This document shows positions 1-9,803 of a stretch of DNA of 42,938 nucleotides, piece after piece. The DNA lies in contig CAZCDB010000003.1 in assembly GCA_964497635.1 (NCBI GenBank), positions 2,582 to 45,519 of the forward strand, in the 5' to 3' direction. Source of the DNA: an uncultured Planctomycetia bacterium. Its GTDB lineage: Bacteria; Omnitrophota; Gorgyraeia; 2-02-FULL-51-18. Below the pieces are notes generated by a model. The model ran no database searches. It was given only the letters and a program-made list of their open reading frames with translations, and had not been told where the DNA came from. How positions within the stretch are numbered: position 1 is the first letter of the stretch; every line of letters starts with the position of its first letter. Both the position numbers and the translations under genes were made by a program.

Positions 1-2003
1 GTCACTGCCGTCTCACTCAGGATATTACCGGTAATCCTGTCACGTATGACGATCATGTCTTTGGGTGTTGGTGCGAACGATGGCCCGTGCCCCGCCTGAA
101 AAGGCACCACATAAGGTCGAACATAAACATCGATGGAGCCGTTGGTCAGCTTGAAAGTTTCGCCGGAAAAAATGTGATTGCCATTGGAGTCTGTTGGGAT
201 TCTGTTTCGTGCCGCCGCAAATGCGTCCCGCACCGCTTGATGGTTAGCTTTTTTTACGGCATCCATTTCTTTTGCGATGGCATCATTAAGCATGGTGATA
301 GCCGCATCGATCGCCGAGACATATTCACTTGTCCCTGCCGCAAAATGATTGACTTCGGAATAACTTGTCCGGGTCACATAACCTGAAACAGTGTTGAGGG
401 TGATCGGAAATGCGTAAGGACCGTTCCCGACTAGCTTCACACTAAAAAGATGATCCCCATACTCCGAGGAAACCGTAGAATTGGTCACATAAAACGGCCC
501 GTGTCCCGACACATAATAGGGCTCGGAAGTATAAGTAACCGTTGAAACTTCAAAACGTTTATTTATGAAAGCCCTGATGGCATCCATGCCATTTTTTAAG
601 TTGTTAAGAATCGTCTGATTGGGGGATGTTTTACGGCTTTCACGGTCATAAGTATATTGAAGTTCCCGCAGGTCCGCGTTATCTCCTCCGCCAAGAGCCA
701 GAAACTCGCCAGGTTCTTTTTGTTCGCTGATCGAAGTAACCGTTAAACGGGCGGTGAAAGGATTTATACGAGAGGCCGTTATCACCCTAAAACCCATGGG
801 TTTTGATCCGTCATAGGTGGTTTTGTAATAACCAAGATAATCGTCCACAATAACCGTAGTTTTAGATTCGGAAATATTAACACTGGCTTGGCTAAAAATC
901 CCCGATTGGCTGGCTGCGGCAGTCCGAGCTTCCATAAAAACATTCCCCGCTTCAAAGGTCCGAAGTTCGGCCGCTGTGTAATCCAGGCGAAGTTTGTCAG
1001 TGGTATTGAGGGAACTTCTTGAGGCTGTGATCATATTAAGGATTGTCTGCATGGGGACGGCGATCAAACCCGAAGGGGTCATGACCGTCAAGTCTCCGCC
1101 AGCCGACGTACTTCCACCCGTCCGATCCAATTGATAAGATCCTTTAAATGCGCCGGTAGCCGTCACAATACGGTTGATCGTGATATTCTCCTTGTCTACC
1201 GTAAGCGTTGTAGTGATTCCGTCTTTTTGTATCGAAATAGAAAAATCAGGGATATTTTTGGTAATTTCGTCGAGCTGGGCCCGGACTTTGACTTTCTGCG
1301 AATTTTCATTCAAGCCAGCTTCAGATGCAAAAAGATTTTGCAGGCGCTGATGAACGGTTATCGCGGGAGCGGCGTATTTAGCGACAGCATTATATTTAGC
1401 GGTGGCAAGTTCTGCGGCGATAACATTCAATTTTTGGTCATTAGCCTGCGATAAAGCGCTAGCGGCTTCAACATCAGAGATCATTTGATCCAAGGCATCG
1501 TACCAGGATTGTGTTTCTGGCTGATAGGTTTCACTTATATGAATGGGTGCTTGATAATATCCATCAGCCGTTGTTTTGCCGGTTTCATCCTGAGAAAAAT
1601 AGATTATTCGAGTGCTTGGTTTAAAAGTGTATCTCTGTTTGAACGGGTACGTTCCTCCGGAACTTGAGTGCCCTTTGGTTTTGAGAATTGCGATCTCATC
1701 GGATTGATAGACATTTTTTGAAATTTGGACCTGAAAATCCCCGAGAACTACCTGAACGATGGAATCCGCAGGAGTTGACACATTTTGGGCTTGAACCGAC
1801 TGATTTAAGTGGTCTATATTCGCCTGCGCCGCGTTTTCAGCACTCTGTAAATTGGCGGCGGATACACCTGGTGCGGGCTGGACGGTGGTGTTGCTTGTCG
1901 GGATCATGGGATCTGCCAAGGCTACGGATGGCATGATCTGAGCGGAGAGCACAGATACTATTAAAAGTATTTTGAGTGCGCGATTATTTTTTTTGTAACC
2001 CAT
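1..2003 (-). CDS. Large secreted hypothetical protein, partial (at least 667 aa, runs off the left edge)
   Basis: Manual translation from ATG (cat 2001-2003, preceded by AGGA on the minus strand) gives MGYKKNNRALKILLIVSVLSAQIMPSVALADPMIPTSNTT... with no stop down to base 1. Signal-peptide-like N-terminus ending ALA-D. Missing from the ORF track because it has no stop codon in the window. Confidence 0.85.
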   Translation of the reverse strand, partial: MGYKKNNRALKILLIVSVLSAQIMPSVALADPMIPTSNTTVQPAPGVSAANLQSAENAAQANIDHLNQSVQAQNVSTPADSIVQVVLGDFQVQISKNVYQSDEIAILKTKGHSSSGGTYPFKQRYTFKPSTRIIYFSQDETGKTTADGYYQAPIHISETYQPETQSWYDALDQMISDVEAASALSQANDQKLNVIAAELATAKYNAVAKYAAPAITVHQRLQNLFASEAGLNENSQKVKVRAQLDEITKNIPDFSISIQKDGITTTLTVDKENITINRIVTATGAFKGSYQLDRTGGSTSAGGDLTVMTPSGLIAVPMQTILNMITASRSSLNTTDKLRLDYTAAELRTFEAGNVFMEARTAAASQSGIFSQASVNISESKTTVIVDDYLGYYKTTYDGSKPMGFRVITASRINPFTARLTVTSISEQKEPGEFLALGGGDNADLRELQYTYDRESRKTSPNQTILNNLKNGMDAIRAFINKRFEVSTVTYTSEPYYVSGHGPFYVTNSTVSSEYGDHLFSVKLVGNGPYAFPITLNTVSGYVTRTSYSEVNHFAAGTSEYVSAIDAAITMLNDAIAKEMDAVKKANHQAVRDAFAAARNRIPTDSNGNHIFSGETFKLTNGSIDVYVRPYVVPFQAGHGPSFAPTPKDMIVIRDRITGNILSETAV

Positions 2004-2325
2004 TTCCTAAGCCCTCAGTAATCTGTTAGAGAATCTATTTTGTTCGCCATCAAGCGAAATCTCATCTAGTGCTCTAACCTTACACCAGAAAAATTTGAGT
2101 TTCAATGGGAATTAAGAAAAAAAATTATAAAGTTCTTCAAAATATAATATTGCCTTAATATACCAACTTAAATTTGCCTGACTTTTTAAATGAACCATAA
2201 TTTTAATTTTTGATTAATCCTGGAAAGAAATTTTATATGAATTTTGGCCAAATTTATTGAATAATCTTTAGAAAGAATTTTATATTCTAGGGAAAGAGAT
2301 TCAGGGCGTTTACCAGCAAGATTTG

Positions 2326-2334
2326 TGATAGAAT
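2326..2334 (+). promoter_or_regulatory. Extended -10 promoter (TGA-TAGAAT), probable leaderless start of the 2342 gene
   Basis: TGnTAGAAT ends 7 nt before ATG 2342, with no Shine-Dalgarno in between. Confidence 0.6.
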
Positions 2335-2341
2335 TTACAGC

Positions 2342-3112
2342 ATGACTGAAATTTCAAAAGAAGAAAAAACAAAGGTAGCTGCCTGGGAAGCCAAGCGATT
2401 TGAGCTGTGGATCCTGTTTCTTCATTTTCTGGCGATGACGGTGCTGGGGTTGGCGCTTTTTCCGATGATCTATTTCTTTTATGTGGTGTGGAAGGCGATG
2501 AGCATCTATGCGGTGTGGATGAAGATCCTTGTGTTCTCATTTTCGATCGCGTTTGGATACTTTCTTTTTGGGGCAACGTTGATTGTGCTTTGTGTGGCGA
2601 CCAAAAATCTTTTTCGATTCAAAATCGCCCCAGGACTCTTTTCAATTCACTCAAAAGAGGCCCTTAGCTGGATGGGGTACAACAGCATGATTTTGATCGC
2701 CAACAGTGCGTTTCTGGATGTGTTTCGGCTCTCGCCTTTTCAGATCTGGTTTTATCGTCTCATGGGGGCTAAAGTGGGCGAGAGAGTCAATGTGAATACC
2801 GCGGGATTGGCAGACCTCTCTATGCTTGAGATTGGGAATGATGTGCTCATCGGCGGTGGTGTGGCGCTGATCTGTCATGCTTCCGAGAGGGGATTCTTAA
2901 GGCTTTCTCCGACGAAGATTGGCAACAACGTCTCGATTGGACTTGGCTCGGTGATCATGCCGGATGTTGAAATTGGCGATGGAGCCTCCATTAGCCCTTG
3001 CAGTCTTTTGCCCAAAGGGACTCGCATCCCCGCACGAGGCATCTGGGGAGGCAATCCGGTGAAGGATTTGCGGGCCGAAAGGCGGGAGGCACTCAAGAAT
3101 GAACAAAATTAA
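2342..3112 (+). CDS. Membrane-anchored hexapeptide-repeat (left-handed beta-helix) acyltransferase
   Basis: N-terminal hydrophobic helices, then YRLMGAKVGERV, LEIGNDVLIGGG, TKIGNNVSIGLGSVIMPDVEIGDGASI and a terminal WGGNP. Confidence 0.8.
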   Translation: MTEISKEEKTKVAAWEAKRFELWILFLHFLAMTVLGLALFPMIYFFYVVWKAMSIYAVWMKILVFSFSIAFGYFLFGATLIVLCVATKNLFRFKIAPGLFSIHSKEALSWMGYNSMILIANSAFLDVFRLSPFQIWFYRLMGAKVGERVNVNTAGLADLSMLEIGNDVLIGGGVALICHASERGFLRLSPTKIGNNVSIGLGSVIMPDVEIGDGASISPCSLLPKGTRIPARGIWGGNPVKDLRAERREALKNEQN

Positions 3113-3611
3113 AACAGTGGCTATTTTTTTGCTTCCACTTATTTTTTTAGGAGCTCAAATGAAAACACAGGAAAAAATCAAGATCTACAATGCTACTACC
3201 GGCAAGACAGAGCTTGTGGAAAAGGTGGTCAAGACGGACGAAGAGTGGAAAAAAATCCTCACGCCGAAGCAATTTGATGTCACCCGACGAAAAGGTACCG
3301 AGGCACCGTTTAGCCAGAAGTGTGCCATCCCTCCATCAGGAGAGGGGATTTATCAGTGTGTGGGCTGCGGGACGGATTTATTTGCTTATGGGAAAAAATT
3401 TGAGTCCGGGACGGGCTGGCCGAGCTTTTTTGACCCCATTTCTTCTTTGAATGTCGAAGAAGAGGAAGATAATACCTTTGGAATGCGACGCGTGGAAGTG
3501 TTGTGCGCGCGCTGTGGAGCTCATTTGGGGCATGTTTTTGACGATGGACCTCCGCCCACAGGGAAGCGTTACTGTATTAATACGGTCGCGCTGAAGCTGG
3601 TATCCTCCTAA
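3099..3611 (+). CDS. msrB: Peptide-methionine (R)-S-oxide reductase, with a signal-like N-terminus
   Basis: EWKKILT, GTEAPF, CVGCG, KFESGTGWPSF, CARCGAHLGHVFDDGP and RYCIN motifs. Confidence 0.95.
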   Translation: MNKIKTVAIFLLPLIFLGAQMKTQEKIKIYNATTGKTELVEKVVKTDEEWKKILTPKQFDVTRRKGTEAPFSQKCAIPPSGEGIYQCVGCGTDLFAYGKKFESGTGWPSFFDPISSLNVEEEEDNTFGMRRVEVLCARCGAHLGHVFDDGPPPTGKRYCINTVALKLVSS

Positions 3612-3721
3612 ACCCTCTCCCAAGCTCATTTTGAAAGTACTTCTCTTTTAGAGGGGTTTGTGATAGAAATATGGGGTCACAATTGAAAGATAATGAACTT
3701 TTTAACCAAGGGAGAAACAAC

Positions 3722-3979
3722 GTGGCAGCAAAAAAAGCAAACGCAGCATTCATGAAACCCCTCCAACCCAGCGAAGCTCTTTCTAAAGTCGTTGGATCCA
3801 AGGCTCTTCCCCGTACCCAGGTGGTAAAGAAACTTTGGGAATACATCAAGAAGAATGACCTGCAGGATAAGAAGAACAAGAGAAACATCAATGCCGACGC
3901 CAACTTGAAGCCGATTTTCGGCAAGGCGCAGGTCTCGATGTTTGAAATGACCAAGCTCGTTTCCAAGCACCTGAAATAA
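3722..3979 (+). CDS. Stand-alone SWIB/MDM2-domain protein
   Basis: AAFMKPLQPSEALSKVVG...PRTQVVKKLWEYIKKNDLQD...INADANLKPIFG...VSMFEMTKLVSKHL. GTG 3722 follows GGAG (3711-3714) and is preferred over the track's ATG 3671. Confidence 0.9.
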   Translation: MAAKKANAAFMKPLQPSEALSKVVGSKALPRTQVVKKLWEYIKKNDLQDKKNKRNINADANLKPIFGKAQVSMFEMTKLVSKHLK

Positions 3980-3992
3980 AAGAACCAAAACT

Positions 3993-4030
3993 AACCCCGC
4001 CCACCCACAAGGTGAGCGGGGTTTTTTATT
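3993..4030. terminator. Rho-independent terminator between convergent genes, probably bidirectional
   Basis: Stem AACCCCGCCCACC (3993-4005) / GGTGAGCGGGGTT (4011-4023) with one mismatch that becomes a G-U pair on the minus strand, 5-nt loop, followed by a T tract on the plus strand. Confidence 0.85.
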
Positions 4031-4032
4031 GT

Positions 4033-7000
4033 TTACCCAGTTTTTCCGTTTTGAAAAATGTATGTCGTTGGTTGTGGAGATGGCGAAGAAATAGGGTCCG
4101 AAGACGGTGATGGATTGGGTTGTGTCGTGGTTGGTGTGTTGGGTTTGGAAGTTGTGGTTACCTGAACTGTTGGTTCTGATGTTGGTGTTGTTCCGGGTTT
4201 TGGCGTTACCGTTGTAGGATTTCCAGATGACGTTGTATTGGATACAGGATTTCCCGATGATGGTGCTGCTGCAAGCTCTGATTTTGCTTTTGCTGCTTTT
4301 TCTGCTTTCGCTGCCTTTGCCGCTTCTTTCTCTGCTTGAGCTAACATCGCAACAACCTCTCTTCGATGTCTTTCTCTCTCATCCGCCTGTTTTTTGAATG
4401 CTGCAGGTCCAATTTCAAACATCTCTTGTGCATATTGACTATAGGCCATTTGCCTGTTATCCGGGTCATCGCGGACCTGACGACCAATCTCCTCAACGGT
4501 TTTAGATCTGATAGCAAGAATTGAATTCTTTAACTGTTCTTCATCAGTTAAAGAAGGGTTCAGTGACCTTATGGCCCGATTAAGGGCTTTTTGCGTAATA
4601 TCGGTAAGGTCGAGCTCTTTCACTTGGTTGACACCTTGAAGACCGCCCGGCCGCTTTTGGTTAGGAGTACTTTTCAGATAGTTGTTAAATGCAATCCTTT
4701 GTTTTTCAAAAATTTTTCTCTCCTCATTTACAATTCTTGTAACCTCTTCTACAAGCTTTGCGATCATTACTAGTCTTTTTTGCATATCAGCAGCTTCTTT
4801 AGCATCAATAGCTGCTTGTTTGGCGGCTTCGGTGGCAGCTTTTTGAGCGGCTTCCTCGGCAGCTCTTTGAGCAGCCTCATCCACAGCTTTTTTGGCGGCA
4901 GCTTTCTGGGCGGCTTCTAAGATAACAGCGGCTTTTGCTTCAGGAGTGGTAGCATCGTTGGCCGTTTGTGATTTTCCCTTGGCTGCCTCTGCTTTTGAAA
5001 CGGCTTCGGCTGAGTCTTTCGTCAGCTGACTGGCTATAGTCCTAGCATAATCCGCGTCAGCTTTTGCGCGATCAGCAGCCAGCACTACGCGGGCGGTCTC
5101 AACAGCTAAGTCACCCGCGTAGATCCTGGCGTTGTTATACGCCGTTTGTGTTTTATTATATTCGTCTTTCAATGAATCAATAGTTGTCTTTGAATTTTTA
5201 TTCTTAACAGCCAGGTCATAAGCAGCTTTGGCTATGTCGTATTTTTTCAGCGCTTCATTTTTGTTCGCGTCGGCTGACAGTTGTTTAGCTTTGGCGGCCT
5301 CGACCTCGGCTTGGGAAGTTTCGCTCAAAACAAGCAGGCGAGCCGCTTCTTGGGATGCCTGGTTGGCCTTTTCTCTGGCGAGGTCCGCTTCGGTTTTTAA
5401 TTGATGGTACTGCTCTTCTGCTTTGACGGCTAAAGAAGCATCGATTTTTTCTTTTGTTTCGTCAATGATTCGCTGGGCCTCTTCCAGCTTTTTAGCCTCT
5501 CTAGCCGCAGCTTCTTTGGCGGTTTTGGCTGCCTGAATGGCTTCGGTGGCGTCTTTATGTTTCTGTATTTTGGTAGAATCGGCTCGTTCGGAAGATATCT
5601 TGGCAAGGACCAAGGCATCATTTGTTGTCCTCTTGATCGCCTCGGCGGCGTTTGCGGCAGCTTTTAAAGCGTCCATCTTTGTTTTGCTAGCATCCAGAGC
5701 AAGGCGTTTGTCATTCAGCTCTTTCTGAAGCTTCGTGTTGGCCGTCACCTTAGCGTTAGCGGCATCCAACGCGGCCTTATTAGCCGATGTGCTTGCCGCG
5801 TCATAAGTCTTTTTTGCTTTAAAAAATGCGGATGCGAGAGCATCCCCATCAGTCTCAGCTTTCTTGATTCTGGTGTCCAATCGATTGCTTGCAGGATCTT
5901 CTTTTTTAACCATAGCGTCGTAATCTGCCTTAGCTTTTGCCGCGTCCATCTGAGCTTTCTCAGCGGCGATCCTGGCGTTCACGGCGGCGATCTCAGCGTC
6001 AACGTAAATGGCTGCCGCATCGGCTGCCGCATCGGCTGCTTCCTCAGCGGTCTTGGAAGCGGTTTCTTTTATATTTTCCAATTCAGTACTTCTTTTCTCT
6101 GCCTCAAATGAGGCTTTTTCGGCATTTGCGGTTTCCAGGGTCCGTTGGTGAATGGCAAGATTTGATTCTGCTTTCTTAAGGTCTTCTTCCATTTTGGCAC
6201 GCTGTTTTTCCGACTCAACCGCTTGGTCTCTGAGAGGAACTTCTTTTTTAAGAACGCTGTTGAGTTGTGGTATTAGCTCCTCATACACCTTTTTTTCATT
6301 GGTTTCTATTTGTTTCTTAGCTCGAAATATGTCGATCTCGTCTTGCAGGAGTCTATGTGCGCGCTCAAGCCTAGCGGCGTACTCCGCCTGTGTGATTTTT
6401 CCTGATTTTATTTTTGCTCTCATCTCCTTAGGTGATTCTTTAGGGCCGAACAAAATTGATGTTTTGGTTGCATCTCCTGTATCAGGGTCCATTTCGTTTA
6501 AGGCGGCGCTTTCTTCCTTGGTAATATACTCAAGTTTAGCCTTGTCTATATAATCCAAGCCCTTTTTTGGATCTGGCACAATGATAGGATTTACAATCTT
6601 CTTTGGGTCTATCTCGTTGAATTCTTTTGAAAGAAGCCGATTTTCTTCTTCGTGTCGTTTTATGTCCGCTTCCAAGTTTTGGTTTTGTTGGATAAGACGT
6701 TCTCGTTCTGCCTTAAGCTCAGTTTCCTTATCCATAAGCTCATTCAATTGTGCCTGGGGGCTTTGCAGGCTATCCATAGCCTTAATGACTTCTAGCTCCT
6801 CTTTTAGTCGGGCGATCTGATTCGACTCATACTCCATTTCTGCTTCTGCTTTTTTTATTTTTTGCTCGATGACGAGCTCCGCTCTTTTAGACGAATCCCG
6901 TTCACCTGCCAGCGCAAGCTCATTCTTTACGGATTCAATTTTTTCTTTTGCGGCAACGACAGCGTCGGTTGCATTTTCAATTGATTCTCTGGTTTCAAAG

Positions 7001-9222
7001 TGTTTTTTGGCGGATGCCTCAAGTGAGGCATCGGCTTCAGTCAAAGCTTTTTTAGCGGCATCCAACGCTTTTTTAAATTCACCGGAGCCTATGGCTGCAA
7101 GCGAAGATTGTTCGACAGTGGATCTCTCAATAACTCCTTTATCAAAGACGGCTCCGCTATCTATTTTGGCAGCCTTATCTTTTTTTAGCTGTTGTTCGTA
7201 TTTTTCTTTGATGGAATAAGGCACTAGTATTGAGCTGATCTTTTTCCCGGGATCGGCATAATCTGTTGCAAAGTTTTTATTTTTTTTGCCTAAAACATTA
7301 TTTAGGTCTGACTGGAGATTTTTTGACCCACCTGGCACTGGCGGGATTTCAGCAAGAGTGGCACCATGAGAATTTTTAAAAACAAATTTCCCAGAGGAGT
7401 CGACCAAGACGACCACTTTATCACCGGATTTAAGCGGGGGATACTTCTCCGGATGAAGCGCCATATCGTCGGCTATTTTTTTGAATGCTTCCATCGATTT
7501 TCTAAACTCCGAACCCCATTTCTGAGCGTAATCTTCGCTATAAGTAGCTACACCTTCTTGGATGGCCTGGGAAAAAGCCAAGGACCCTACCAATAAGCTT
7601 GTATTTTTAGATTGTGTCTCGGCCTCAGTTTTTTTGGTGGAGTCAGGAACAAAGAAGTGTGTTCCAAGGACCTTATTCTTTGGGTTGGTAGGATCCGTAT
7701 ATTGATAGGTGTTACCGTCTAAAAAAGGCACGTATGTTTCAGATGTTAAGGGTTGTTTTGATATCGCAAGCCTAGCCTGAGCGGTGGCAGTGCTGGCTTC
7801 TTCAAAGTTTTTATTAGCGGTTTCGAATGCTGCTTGTGCTTCATCAAATTTCTTTTTTGCTGCAAGCATTTCTTGATCGTTTTTGAGAACGGAACTCTGC
7901 AGCTCCTTCAGCTTGGCTTCGGCAGCCTCAAGATCCCTTTGTGCTTGTATTTTTTCAGCTTCTAATCTTTCTTTGGAGGGATCGATCCCTAGATCTCTCA
8001 GGCTCTCCACAAGAGGTGGGTTGGGTTGCTCAGCAACTGAAGTGGGCACGGTCGAATCCGCGGGAGGCGTGTTCACGATCATTTTAAGAAAAGCTTCAGC
8101 CAAGGTACCAGCCAGTTGGTTTGGACTATCGGAATTCAGCCAGGCGCCGGTTTCTGCCATGGCCCAGAGAGGAAACTGTGTGAGCCAGTCATTGGCACTG
8201 ATCGGGTTTTCGGTTTCTTCAGGGGTTACCGCCGCTGGGATTTCGGTGGGTTCCGTGGCTTGAGTTTTCATAAGATCTAAGATCTTGCTATAGACCTTTT
8301 CTGCCAACTCCTTAGCTGATCCGATGAAGCTTTTCATTTCTTCCACCGATTCTTTAAAAAGAGCCCTATTTTTGGGGCTAAACACGGTGGTTGGATCGGG
8401 GAGCACCGCTGCTTCTATAATTTTTTTGATGGGAGTGCCGGTGATTGATATTTGAGCAGGTATTTTATCAAGCGCAATAAATTCTCGATTAGGACCGTAA
8501 GTCGAGATCTTATGGTCTTTATTATCCATACTGAGAGTTTCCCCGTTCTCGTCATTAAAAGTGATTGCACCCTCTGTGATGGTACACGTTATTTTGGCGT
8601 TGCCTGAAGCGTCAAAATTTATTCCCCAGAGTTTTGGAAATTTTGTAATGCTGCTGGCAATACCCTCTAAATTTATGAGTGCTTTTTGCACAGCCGGTAG
8701 CTCTAAGTATTCTTCTCTTATTAATTTTTCCCGCTCTTTACTGGCAGCATTTTTTTCTTCTTTAGAAGTGGCCGGATCATGTATTTTACGAGCCAGATCG
8801 TCAATTAATTTCATACGATCTTTTACGGACTTGCGATAGGCTTCCAGCACGCGCTTTTTCAGCGCTTCGACAAATTGATCATTTTCAGGCGCGCCACTTT
8901 CTTTGACAGTCAGCACAATTTTCATATCCTTATTTGCCGGCGCCGTTTGGGGTGCTTGGGATTTTGGATTGTTATTCATAACTTCCTCTATATCGTTTTG
9001 GTGCTGAACAGCACTCTGGGGGCTGGCGGGACTCCCTATAGGGATTGTCGTTCGATTGGTTTCGGACGTAGTTTGATCCTGCGCCCAAGCCATGCTTATG
9101 ACGGAAAGAATTTGGGGAGGCATCGCCAGTTGTGCACAGAGGATTACGAGCAATGATTTCTTGAGGATGTTTAGCATTCTAGCACCAACCTTTCGATTCT
9201 TGCGCCGGTTTATCATAAACAT
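4033..9222 (-). CDS. Large secreted Ala/Lys/Glu-rich coiled-coil protein with Pro/Thr/Ser-rich C-terminal tail
   Basis: 1729-aa ORF with signal-like KKSLLVILCAQLAMPPQILSVISMAWAQD, long heptad-type A/E/K-rich tracts and a TTPTSEPT/PSPSSDP tail. The true start may be ATG 9177. Confidence 0.8.
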   Translation of the reverse strand: MFMINRRKNRKVGARMLNILKKSLLVILCAQLAMPPQILSVISMAWAQDQTTSETNRTTIPIGSPASPQSAVQHQNDIEEVMNNNPKSQAPQTAPANKDMKIVLTVKESGAPENDQFVEALKKRVLEAYRKSVKDRMKLIDDLARKIHDPATSKEEKNAASKEREKLIREEYLELPAVQKALINLEGIASSITKFPKLWGINFDASGNAKITCTITEGAITFNDENGETLSMDNKDHKISTYGPNREFIALDKIPAQISITGTPIKKIIEAAVLPDPTTVFSPKNRALFKESVEEMKSFIGSAKELAEKVYSKILDLMKTQATEPTEIPAAVTPEETENPISANDWLTQFPLWAMAETGAWLNSDSPNQLAGTLAEAFLKMIVNTPPADSTVPTSVAEQPNPPLVESLRDLGIDPSKERLEAEKIQAQRDLEAAEAKLKELQSSVLKNDQEMLAAKKKFDEAQAAFETANKNFEEASTATAQARLAISKQPLTSETYVPFLDGNTYQYTDPTNPKNKVLGTHFFVPDSTKKTEAETQSKNTSLLVGSLAFSQAIQEGVATYSEDYAQKWGSEFRKSMEAFKKIADDMALHPEKYPPLKSGDKVVVLVDSSGKFVFKNSHGATLAEIPPVPGGSKNLQSDLNNVLGKKNKNFATDYADPGKKISSILVPYSIKEKYEQQLKKDKAAKIDSGAVFDKGVIERSTVEQSSLAAIGSGEFKKALDAAKKALTEADASLEASAKKHFETRESIENATDAVVAAKEKIESVKNELALAGERDSSKRAELVIEQKIKKAEAEMEYESNQIARLKEELEVIKAMDSLQSPQAQLNELMDKETELKAERERLIQQNQNLEADIKRHEEENRLLSKEFNEIDPKKIVNPIIVPDPKKGLDYIDKAKLEYITKEESAALNEMDPDTGDATKTSILFGPKESPKEMRAKIKSGKITQAEYAARLERAHRLLQDEIDIFRAKKQIETNEKKVYEELIPQLNSVLKKEVPLRDQAVESEKQRAKMEEDLKKAESNLAIHQRTLETANAEKASFEAEKRSTELENIKETASKTAEEAADAAADAAAIYVDAEIAAVNARIAAEKAQMDAAKAKADYDAMVKKEDPASNRLDTRIKKAETDGDALASAFFKAKKTYDAASTSANKAALDAANAKVTANTKLQKELNDKRLALDASKTKMDALKAAANAAEAIKRTTNDALVLAKISSERADSTKIQKHKDATEAIQAAKTAKEAAAREAKKLEEAQRIIDETKEKIDASLAVKAEEQYHQLKTEADLAREKANQASQEAARLLVLSETSQAEVEAAKAKQLSADANKNEALKKYDIAKAAYDLAVKNKNSKTTIDSLKDEYNKTQTAYNNARIYAGDLAVETARVVLAADRAKADADYARTIASQLTKDSAEAVSKAEAAKGKSQTANDATTPEAKAAVILEAAQKAAAKKAVDEAAQRAAEEAAQKAATEAAKQAAIDAKEAADMQKRLVMIAKLVEEVTRIVNEERKIFEKQRIAFNNYLKSTPNQKRPGGLQGVNQVKELDLTDITQKALNRAIRSLNPSLTDEEQLKNSILAIRSKTVEEIGRQVRDDPDNRQMAYSQYAQEMFEIGPAAFKKQADERERHRREVVAMLAQAEKEAAKAAKAEKAAKAKSELAAAPSSGNPVSNTTSSGNPTTVTPKPGTTPTSEPTVQVTTTSKPNTPTTTQPNPSPSSDPISSPSPQPTTYIFQNGKTG

Positions 9223-9431
9223 CTAAATTATTAAAAGATTTTAATTAGTTGGCAAAAAAAATGGGATCTGCCCAATCCCGCACTCACTTCTTTGCTGCTA
9301 TCATCTTCATTTACAATTCAAATGTTACGCTACCCAAATATATTTTTCAATAGACAGGTTATGCATTCAGTAGTACAAAATTAAGCGATAGTTGACTCAT
9401 TAGGTGATAATACAATTCTGAAGTGGCTGTT

Positions 9432-9803
9432 CTAAAGAAGTTCTTTGGGGATTGGAAGGCGTCCGGCGTAGCCAGACTCTGGGTCGTGGTAGTGCGCGAT
9501 TTTGCTTTCATCGCTTCTCCAGCATAGAAGGACTTCTTGTCCGTGGATTTTGGAGGGGAAATCGACGAGCCCTTCGACAAAATTCCAGTCGCGGTAAGAA
9601 CAGCCTAGAGACTCTAGCTCATCAAAGAGCTCGTCCAAATGGTCCATGAGTCGGTTGATCTCCGGGTCCTCTTCAGGCTTCTCGAGTGAAACCGAGAGAG
9701 CTCGGATGGCTTGGCCCTCTTTTAAAATATCCGAGACGATTTTGCGGACGAGCGGAAGCATACGATTGGCTTCTGCTGGGGTGAAATACCTAATTTCAGA
9801 CAC
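9432..9803 (-). CDS. DUF2203 family protein
   Basis: RYFTPAEANRMLPLVR...GLVDFP...EVLLCWR..E..IAHYH..ESGYAGRLPI pattern. Its GTG start overlaps the upstream TAG stop (TAGTG). Confidence 0.85.
   Translation of the reverse strand: MSEIRYFTPAEANRMLPLVRKIVSDILKEGQAIRALSVSLEKPEEDPEINRLMDHLDELFDELESLGCSYRDWNFVEGLVDFPSKIHGQEVLLCWRSDESKIAHYHDPESGYAGRLPIPKELL

Noticed and set aside
87-1936. Four short plus-strand ORFs in the track
   Set aside because: They are shadows opposite the continuous minus-strand gene at 1-2003.
5537-9156. Ser/Phe/Ala-rich plus-strand ORFs
   Set aside because: Antisense products of the biased codon composition of the 1729-aa gene.
4033-9222. ARL-containing peptides (QARLA, AARLE, AARLL) in the coiled-coil protein as processing motifs; SMC or TolA annotation
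   Set aside because: None is an exact [A/G]ARLA and they are expected in an Ala-rich helix. No Walker motifs or TolA C-terminal domain were seen.
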